Assembly (NCBI GenBank): GCA_963754645.1
Contig: CAVWGP010000012.1
Coordinates: 771,718-803,717 of the forward strand
Length of the DNA: 32,000 nucleotides
Source: an uncultured Alphaproteobacteria bacterium
Lineage (GTDB): Bacteria; Pseudomonadota; Alphaproteobacteria; Bin65
Reading direction: 5' to 3'
How positions within the stretch are numbered: the first letter of the stretch is position 1; every line of letters starts with the position of its first letter. Shown here piece after piece: positions 25,670-32,000 of this stretch. Position numbers and translations under genes: made by a program. A model generated the notes under the pieces. The model made no database searches. It saw nothing but the letters and a program-made list of their open reading frames with translations, and was not told the DNA's origin.

Positions 25670-28383
25670 CCCTGCTTGATGCCCGCGTGAACAAGCCGCG
25701 CGAGGCGGCGCTGCTCGAAATAGGCCAGCATGGCCGGCAGCACGATGAGATAGCACGCGAGCGCGATCACCGTGGCGACGAACAGCAACAGCCCCATGCT
25801 CGCCTGACCCCAGTGACTCGAGATCGCCAGGCTGGCAAAGGACGCGATCGTGGTGAGGGCCGAATAAATCACGGCGCGCGGCGTCGTCGTCGTCAATAGT
25901 TCGATGACGCGCTCGCGGCGCGCCCGGATCACGAAGTGAATGCCGCTTTCGATGCCGTATCCGATCATCAGCGGCAGCGCGATGATATTGGCGTAGTTGA
26001 AGCTCAAGCCCGCGACGACGGCGATCGCCATGGACAGGGCGACGGCGAGCGCCAGCGGCACCAGGATCATCAGCGTATCGCTAAGGCTGCGCAGCAGCAG
26101 CGACATCGAAATCACGATCAGGCCGAGCGCGATGATCGACGCCAACGAAAAGGCGCGCACCACGGCGTCGCCCGACAGGAGCTCGACGACGGGGCCGCCG
26201 GTCGCGCGCGGCGCCACGCTCAACACTTCGCTGACGAAGCGGCGCAGCGCCGCGTTGTCGCGCGTATCTTCCTTGGCGACGACCTCGACGCGCACTTTTT
26301 GCGCCGGCGACAGCTCGCGCTGGCGCAGCGTGGCGGGCAGCGTCGCGAATTCGACCGGCTGGGCGGAGAGCGCCAGCTTGAGCGCCTCGATACGCTTGGG
26401 CAGCGTGTCGACGAGGTCCTGTTCAAGCGCGGCAACGCGCTGATCGTCGGCGCCGGCGGCCAGGAACGCGTCGAGCGCGGCGGCCAGCCGGCGCAACTCG
26501 GGCTCGGCCGTGCCGGCCCGCTTGCCGTCGATCGCGGCCTTGATCTTGCGGCTCAAATCGGCGATCGCCGCTTTGCGCTGATCGCCGGTGGGCGGCGCCG
26601 CGCGCCCGGTGGGCGACAGGATCGGCGTCATCTGCAGCGCCACTTCCTCGAGAATATCGAGCTTGGCGCGCTGATCCTTGGGCACGTAATCGTAGATGCT
26701 GCGCACCGAGGCGACCGACGGCAGCGCGCGCAATTTGACCGCCAACGGCTCGATCTCGTCGATCGAATCGACCAGGATGCTGATCGACCCCACCCGCAGC
26801 CGCGGATTCTTGAGCAGCTCGATCGCGGTCGAGACGGATTCGGTGCTCGTGTCCTTGAGATTGAACGGATTGCGGTCGAAGCGCGCGCCGCTCACGAACG
26901 CGAGCGACCCGAACGCGAGCACCAGCCCGACGACGACGACGACGCCGCTATGGCGCCACAGCCAATGCTCGGTATCCGCGATCGTCGCATCGGTCTTGCT
27001 GCGCCGCGACACGCTGACGCGCGCCGGCATCGGCCACAACGCCAGAAGCGCCGGCAGGATCGTAACGTTGGTGACAAAGGCGATGATCATGCTGACGCCG
27101 GCGATCAGGCCGAGTTCCGAAACGCCGCGAAAATCCGTGGGCAGAAACGAAAAGAACGCCAGGGCCGCGGTGCCCGCCGTCATCGCGAGCGCCGTGCCGA
27201 CGCTGCGTCCGGCCGCGGCGAGACCACCGATGCCGTCTTCGCCCCGCCCGATCATCTCGCGATAGCGCAGGCCGTAATGGATGCCGAAATCGATCGCCAT
27301 GCCGATGAACAGCACCGCGAAGGCGATCGAGATGAGATTGACCGATCCGATGACGGCCATGGCGAAGGCGCCGGTCCAGATCAAGCCGATGACGAGCACG
27401 ATGAGCGAGGCGATGACCAGCCAAAACGCGCGAAAACAAACGACCAGGAGCAGCGCCACCGCGAGAAAGGAGAGCGCGCCGGAAATCTCGGCGTTGGCGG
27501 TGACCGAGACGAACTCCTCCGATTCGATCGCCGCGGCGCCGGTGATGCGCAGGCGGATGTCGTTTTCGGGCGTGAGGCCCACTTCGCGCGCGAGGCGGCG
27601 GATTTCGCGCATCGCATCGGCGGCCGGCGACAGCGACGCATAATTGAGCGTCGGCTGCAGCACGATGATGCGCTGCCGGCCCTCGGCCACGCTGGCGGCA
27701 CCCCAGCTATCGCCCATCAACTCGCGCCATGACAGCGATTGCGGCTTGCCGGCGGTCCGCGCTTCGACCACGGCGGCGATCCTGGCGATGACCGAGCCGA
27801 TCCGATCGGGCTGGGCATCGGCGGTCCCCAGCGCTTCGACCGCTAGCCCCATCACCTCGAACAGCCCGCGCAAGCTCATGTCGCGGCCAAGGGTGGAGAG
27901 CAGCGGCTGCGCCTCGGCGAGCCGGTTGGCCAGGACTTGCAGTTCGGCGACGCTCAGATAGAGCAGGCCGTTCTGGCGGAAATAGCGATCGCCTTCGGGA
28001 TAGAAAATATTGCTGAACCGGCCGCGGTCGCGCTGCAGGCGCTGGTACAGCGCCTCTGCCCCGTCTTCGACCCGGTCCGTGTCGCGGCCGTCGATGACGA
28101 TGACTAAGTTATTGGAAAAATAAGGAAAAGCCCGGCGAAATAACTCGTAATCGCGGCGGAATTGCAGCTCCGGCGACAACATGTCGGTCGGGTCCGTATT
28201 CATCTTGAAATTGCGCACGACGTAGACGCCCAGCGCCGCCGTTATGGCAAACGACAGCAACACGACCAACCAGCGAACTCGGACGATGGCGGCGATCATG
28301 GCGCCGAGCGCGGCGCCGAACCGATCGGCCGCGACGCGGGACGGTCGCGGGTGGGCGGTTACGGCGGCTTCAAGGCGGTTCAC
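25666..28383 (-). CDS. hpnN: RND/MMPL-family hopanoid transporter (HpnN)
   Basis: 905 aa. Two blocks of ~6 TM helices, each preceded by a large periplasmic loop (RND topology), in hopanoid-locus context next to hpnM. GTG 28383. Confidence 0.85.
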   Translation of the reverse strand: MNRLEAAVTAHPRPSRVAADRFGAALGAMIAAIVRVRWLVVLLSFAITAALGVYVVRNFKMNTDPTDMLSPELQFRRDYELFRRAFPYFSNNLVIVIDGRDTDRVEDGAEALYQRLQRDRGRFSNIFYPEGDRYFRQNGLLYLSVAELQVLANRLAEAQPLLSTLGRDMSLRGLFEVMGLAVEALGTADAQPDRIGSVIARIAAVVEARTAGKPQSLSWRELMGDSWGAASVAEGRQRIIVLQPTLNYASLSPAADAMREIRRLAREVGLTPENDIRLRITGAAAIESEEFVSVTANAEISGALSFLAVALLLVVCFRAFWLVIASLIVLVIGLIWTGAFAMAVIGSVNLISIAFAVLFIGMAIDFGIHYGLRYREMIGRGEDGIGGLAAAGRSVGTALAMTAGTAALAFFSFLPTDFRGVSELGLIAGVSMIIAFVTNVTILPALLALWPMPARVSVSRRSKTDATIADTEHWLWRHSGVVVVVGLVLAFGSLAFVSGARFDRNPFNLKDTSTESVSTAIELLKNPRLRVGSISILVDSIDEIEPLAVKLRALPSVASVRSIYDYVPKDQRAKLDILEEVALQMTPILSPTGRAAPPTGDQRKAAIADLSRKIKAAIDGKRAGTAEPELRRLAAALDAFLAAGADDQRVAALEQDLVDTLPKRIEALKLALSAQPVEFATLPATLRQRELSPAQKVRVEVVAKEDTRDNAALRRFVSEVLSVAPRATGGPVVELLSGDAVVRAFSLASIIALGLIVISMSLLLRSLSDTLMILVPLALAVALSMAIAVVAGLSFNYANIIALPLMIGYGIESGIHFVIRARRERVIELLTTTTPRAVIYSALTTIASFASLAISSHWGQASMGLLLFVATVIALACYLIVLPAMLAYFEQRRLARLVHAGIKQG

Positions 28384-28452
28384 GGAAATTTCGGAATCCT
28401 TCGCTTACAATCGCGCGGTTGCGCCGTTCCGCCGCTTGCGCTGTCGCGGCTT

Positions 28453-28466
28453 GCAATACAAATTGC
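28453..28466. promoter_or_regulatory. Inverted repeat in the divergent hpnN/hpnM control region
   Basis: GCAAT-acaa-ATTGC: perfect 5-bp arms with a 4-nt spacer. A second 8-bp palindrome, GAAATTTC, sits at 28384-28391, abutting the hpnN start codon. Confidence 0.3.
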
Positions 28467-28528
28467 GCGCCTCGAAATCGGTTTTCCTTGATGGCGAGAT
28501 TTCCCCATCCTACGCCTCGGTTCGAAGC

Positions 28529-29182
28529 ATGACACTATCGCATATCGCCGCGCACCGCTTCGCCGTTTGTCGCGGCGCCACCGGCGTCCTGGCCGCTTTC
28601 ATTGGCGTGATTCTAGGCCAGCTTATAGCCTTCGACGCCCGCGCCGAGCAAGCGGCGGTCGAAGTCGTGCGCGTCTACCAGGCGGCGCTGCTCGATACCA
28701 TGAAGCAAGGCAAGCAGCTTGGATATGACGGGCGCTACAAGGCCCTGGCCGGGCCGGTCAGCAAGGCGATTGACCTCGAATTCATCGCCCAGCGCGCCGC
28801 CGGGCAGGCCTGGGCCGGTTTCAGCGACGCGCAAAAAAAGAATTACATCGACGCCTTCGCGCGCTATTCGATCGCCCAGCACGCTTCGCGCTTCAAGAGC
28901 TTCGGCGGCGAGAAATTCGAAGCGCTCGGGGTCGACAACGTCGGCCGCGGCTTCCATCGCGTGCGCACGCAGCTCATCACCGGCGACGGCGACAAGATAC
29001 AGCTCGATTACTTGATGGCGCAGCGCGGCGGCGGCTGGCGCGTTGTCGACGTCTTCGCCAAGGGCACGATCAGCGAGGTCTCGACCCGCCGGGCCGACTT
29101 CGCCAAGACGCTGCGCGAAAGCGGCGTCGATGCGCTGATCCAGGAACTCGAGCAGAAGATCGCGGCGGCCAAATCGTTCTGA
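28529..29182 (+). CDS. hpnM: MlaC/Ttg2D-like periplasmic lipid-binding protein (HpnM)
   Basis: ATG 28529. Signal-peptide-like N-terminus ending ARA-EQ. A ~190-aa domain with toluene-tolerance/MlaC-like features (IDLEFIAQRAAGQAWAGFSDAQKKNYIDAF, GGGWRVVDV). Divergent from hpnN. Confidence 0.7.
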   Translation: MTLSHIAAHRFAVCRGATGVLAAFIGVILGQLIAFDARAEQAAVEVVRVYQAALLDTMKQGKQLGYDGRYKALAGPVSKAIDLEFIAQRAAGQAWAGFSDAQKKNYIDAFARYSIAQHASRFKSFGGEKFEALGVDNVGRGFHRVRTQLITGDGDKIQLDYLMAQRGGGWRVVDVFAKGTISEVSTRRADFAKTLRESGVDALIQELEQKIAAAKSF

Positions 29183-29192
29183 CCGCGCCGGC

Positions 29193-29945
29193 TCACGCAT
29201 AGCGGCGGCGGATGCCGCGGTCGAACGCCAACAGCAGCGCGCTCGCCGATACCGCGGCGCAAATCAGGATGAAAGTCAGCGCCGTGATCAGGCGCACATT
29301 GTGCAAGCCGATGCCGTTCATCAGCAGATGGCCGATGCCGTGCTGCGAGGCGAACATTTCGCCGAGCAGCGTGCCGATCAAGGTCAGCGAAAATCCGATG
29401 CGCAGGCCGGTGAAAATTTCCGGCAACGCGCCGGGCAGCAGGATGCAACGGATCGTGTCGGCGCGCGACAGGCGCATGACCGCCGCCGTGCGCAACAGCA
29501 CGGGGTTGATATTGCGCACCGCGCCCATGGTGAAAATCGCGATCGGCACGATGCCATGCAAGGCGCCGAACGCGACCTTGGCCGGCATGCCGATGCCGAA
29601 CGCCAGCAGCACGATCGGGTAGAGCGCGATCTTGGGAATCGAGTAGAGCGAAACCAGCACCGGCTCGAAGGTGTCGCGCCAATAGCGGCTGACGCCCAAG
29701 CCGAAGCCGATGGCGAAGCCGGCCAGGATCGCGACCGCCAGAGCCAGGGCGAAGGCGCCCGCGGTTTCGACGAAATGCGGCTGAAAACGCCGGGACGAAA
29801 TCAGCTCCGCGGCAAACGCCATCGTCTCCAAGGGTGGCGTGATCGCGTTGCGGCCGGCGAACCGGAAGATCGCCTCCCACGCGAGCAGGGCGACGGCGAT
29901 CAGGATCGAAACATTGCGCCACGCGCGCATCGCGCCGGCGCTCAT
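29193..29945 (-). CDS. ABC transporter permease, NitT/TauT family (second of pair)
   Basis: Real gene starts at ATG 29945 (MSAGAMRAWRNVSILIAV..), overlapping the upstream stop (ATGA). The first 243 codons of track ORF 29193..30674 are out-of-frame junk. Conserved loop: LRTAAVMRLSRADTIRCILLPGALPEIFTGLRIG. Confidence 0.85.
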   Translation of the reverse strand: MSAGAMRAWRNVSILIAVALLAWEAIFRFAGRNAITPPLETMAFAAELISSRRFQPHFVETAGAFALALAVAILAGFAIGFGLGVSRYWRDTFEPVLVSLYSIPKIALYPIVLLAFGIGMPAKVAFGALHGIVPIAIFTMGAVRNINPVLLRTAAVMRLSRADTIRCILLPGALPEIFTGLRIGFSLTLIGTLLGEMFASQHGIGHLLMNGIGLHNVRLITALTFILICAAVSASALLLAFDRGIRRRYA

Positions 29946-30688
29946 CGCCGCCGCCGCGTCATGATCGCGCGCTCCCAGCGCGAGAACAGGGCGTTCACCG
30001 TGGCCGCGATGGCGAGCACCAGGATGATCAGCGGATACATGATCGCATTGTCGAAATTGTTGTAGGCGAAGCCGATCTCGTAGCCCAAGCCGGTGCGCGA
30101 CATGATCAGCTCGGCGCCGATGACGCCGATGAAGGAATAGGCGACCGCCAATTTGATGCCGGTGAAGATATTGGGCAGCGCGCCGGGCAGCGCCACGCGC
30201 AGCGCGCTTTCGACCGGCCCCATGCGGTACATGCGCGCGGCCTTGAGCAGGACTTTGGGCACGCGATCGAGCCCGTTCAAGGTATTGACGATCACGGCGA
30301 CGATTTCGAGCGCGAAGCCGATCAGGATCTGCGGCACGTCGCCGAGCCCGAAAATGACGATGAACAGCGGATAAAAAGCGTAGACCGGAATGGCGTAATA
30401 GGCGGCGAACAGCGGATCGAGCGAATAGCGCACCGCTTTCAAGCGATGGATGACCGCGCCGGCGACGATGCCGCATACGATGGCGCCGGCGCAGGCCAGC
30501 GCCACGTTGCGCAGCGTCTTGCCGATCGCGGGCCACAGCTTGCCGTCGCTCAAGAGCTGCGCCAGATCGCCGAGCATGACGCTCGGCGGCGGCATCGAGA
30601 AGCGGTCGATCGCGCCGAGCCGGACGCCGGCTTCGGCCGCGAGGATCAAGCCGGCGACGATCAAAATCCGGCATGCGCCGGGGCGCAT
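29942..30688 (-). CDS. ABC transporter permease, NitT/TauT family (first of pair)
   Basis: 248 aa. Loop LLKAARMYRMGPVESALRVALPGALPNIFTGIKLA. GAGG 5 nt upstream of ATG 30688. Confidence 0.85.
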   Translation of the reverse strand: MRPGACRILIVAGLILAAEAGVRLGAIDRFSMPPPSVMLGDLAQLLSDGKLWPAIGKTLRNVALACAGAIVCGIVAGAVIHRLKAVRYSLDPLFAAYYAIPVYAFYPLFIVIFGLGDVPQILIGFALEIVAVIVNTLNGLDRVPKVLLKAARMYRMGPVESALRVALPGALPNIFTGIKLAVAYSFIGVIGAELIMSRTGLGYEIGFAYNNFDNAIMYPLIILVLAIAATVNALFSRWERAIMTRRRR

Positions 30689-30722
30689 CGCGGCCTCGGC
30701 CCGGTCGCGCGCGCGGGCCGCC

Positions 30723-31712
30723 TCAGCGCTTGGTTTTCAGGTCGTCGGGCAGAAAACTCTCGTCGATGATCTTCGACCACATGACCTCGCCCTTGAGCGC
30801 GTCGACGAGGCGCTGGGCGCGCATCATGTCGTCCATGCCCTTCATGTTGAAATTGCCCGGGCCCCAATACTTCACGCCGGACTTGGCGTGGCTCGTGACC
30901 AGATTGCGCACCGCGCTGCGCGCCACGGCGGGCTCGAGGTTGTAGGCCTTGGCGACGATGTCGCCCGACTCGTCGGGATTGGCATACATGAACTCGACCG
31001 CCTCGCGCCGCGCCTTGATGACGGCGCGCAGGAAATCGCCGCGCGCCGCCGCGGCCTTGCCGGTGGTCACGCCGACGACGTTGTCGAGCGGCGGCAGCAC
31101 GTCGCTGGCATGGATGACGGCGCGGTATTTGTCCTTGTGCAGCGACCACAGCGGCTCGGGCATGGGCACGACATCGACCGCGCCGCGATCGAGCGCCACC
31201 ACGCCCTCGCCGAACCCGCCGGTGCGCACCAGCTCGGCGTCGGTTGCCTTGAGGCCGGCCGCTTCGAGCAGCAGGATGCCCAAGGCCTGGCTCGTCGAAC
31301 GCGGATTGGTGTAGCCGATTTTCTTGCCCTTCAAGTCCTGCAGCGTCTTGATCGGCGACTCCTTCGGCACGACCCAGACGAACTCCGCCACGGTCTGCAC
31401 GTTGTCGCTGATGATCTTGAGGTCGGCGCCCTGCTGGATCGCCGTCACCGTCGCGGTGGGATTGATCTCGCCATAGGCGACGTTGCCGCCGAGCAGGATG
31501 CGCACCGTGGTGCCGCCGCCGTCGGAGGATAGAATGCCGGTGACCTCGGCGCCGTATTTCTTGAACAGCCCCTTGGCCATGGCGACGGCGAACGGCATGC
31601 CGTTGGTGGTCACGCCGTAATTGCTGACGACGATCTGTTCGGCATGGGCCGAGGATGCGGCGAGGCACGCGGCGGCGAACGCCAAAGCGGCGCGCTGGCG
31701 AATAATTTTCAT
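30723..31712 (-). CDS. ABC transporter periplasmic substrate-binding protein (NMT1/THI5-like, SsuA/TauA family)
   Basis: ATG 31712 preceded by GGAAGGGAGA. Signal peptide MKIIRQRAALAFAAACLAASSAHA-EQ. A ~300-aa binding-protein fold. Confidence 0.8.
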   Translation of the reverse strand: MKIIRQRAALAFAAACLAASSAHAEQIVVSNYGVTTNGMPFAVAMAKGLFKKYGAEVTGILSSDGGGTTVRILLGGNVAYGEINPTATVTAIQQGADLKIISDNVQTVAEFVWVVPKESPIKTLQDLKGKKIGYTNPRSTSQALGILLLEAAGLKATDAELVRTGGFGEGVVALDRGAVDVVPMPEPLWSLHKDKYRAVIHASDVLPPLDNVVGVTTGKAAAARGDFLRAVIKARREAVEFMYANPDESGDIVAKAYNLEPAVARSAVRNLVTSHAKSGVKYWGPGNFNMKGMDDMMRAQRLVDALKGEVMWSKIIDESFLPDDLKTKR

Positions 31713-31762
31713 GCAATATCTCCCTTCCACGGCCTGAGCGGCCGGTTCGCGCCGATCCTAGC

Positions 31763-32000
31763 TCAATCGCCGGGCTTGTTGAATGCGGATTCGAGCTTCG
31801 CCCACGCCGATGTTTCGACCGCGGCGGCGAGCGCGTCGAGCTCGACCTCGCCTTCGCCGCCGCGCATGGCGTCTGCGTCGCCTCGGGCCAGCGCCGCAAG
31901 CCGGCGCAGCCCGGCCTCGACCGCGCGCACGACGCGCGTGATCAGGCTGTTGGGATAGACGATCTGCGAAAAGCCCATGGCGTGCAGCTCGCCGGGCGAA
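31763..32000 (-). CDS. 3' end of a PEP-mutase / isocitrate-lyase-superfamily enzyme gene (5' part lies outside the window)
   Basis: The frame stays open to the window edge (..SPGELHAMGFSQIVYPNSLITRVVRAVEAGLRRL..). This resembles the C-terminal region of methylisocitrate-lyase / carboxyphosphonoenolpyruvate-mutase-like proteins. Stop at 31763. Confidence 0.5.
   Translation of the reverse strand, partial: SPGELHAMGFSQIVYPNSLITRVVRAVEAGLRRLAALARGDADAMRGGEGEVELDALAAAVETSAWAKLESAFNKPGD

Noticed and set aside
28511-28531. tRNA-like T-loop sequence GGTTCGAAGC
   Set aside because: The flanks cannot form a 5-bp T-stem (CTCGG against CATGA), and no acceptor or anticodon arms are present. The sequence also overlaps the hpnM start region.
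29946-30674. First half of the 493-aa ORF 29193..30674
   Set aside because: It is the out-of-frame shadow of the upstream permease gene (29942..30688). The real second permease begins at ATG 29945.
1-32000. Mobile elements, CRISPR arrays, rRNA/tRNA genes, toxin-antitoxin or known defence-system genes
   Set aside because: I looked for transposase, integrase or recombinase-like ORFs, terminal inverted repeats, regularly spaced direct repeats and structured-RNA signatures, and found none. The only repeats are the (CCG)5 tract and the 16-bp tandem repeat reported above.

Overview
This is a high-G+C, almost fully coding chromosomal segment that looks alphaproteobacterial (Hyphomicrobiales-like gene order). 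That placement is inference, and G+C was not computed. All calls come from reading the ORF translations against remembered family motifs; no database search was run.

Left to right:
1. The tail of an ABC-importer operon: a permease translationally coupled to a cytosine-deaminase-like amidohydrolase.
2. A self-contained minus-strand three-gene module (2343-9858). It encodes an FHA-domain protein, a class-B penicillin-binding transpeptidase with an oversized N-terminal ectodomain, and a divergent SEDS (FtsW/RodA-family) protein with a ~330-aa N-terminal extension. Two of the three genes carry apparent 1-nt reading-frame breaks.
3. An acyl-CoA dehydrogenase gene.
4. A concentration of late queuosine genes, queF-queG and queA-tgt, which bracket two tandem paralogous membrane-anchored proteins of unknown function.
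5. A large hopanoid locus: hpnC-hpnD-hpnE-shc-hpnG on the plus strand, hpnN-hpnA-ispH-hpnH on the minus strand, and a divergent hpnM.
6. A second NitT/TauT-type ABC importer operon (binding protein plus two permeases, no ATPase), preceded by the 3' end of a PEP-mutase/isocitrate-lyase-family gene.

I found no rRNA, tRNA, CRISPR array, transposase or integrase. The best candidate for something undescribed is the FHA / bPBP / SEDS module. The hopanoid and queuosine genes are well-known pathways. Several very long ORFs in the track (1014-1090 aa) are antisense artefacts of the G+C content.
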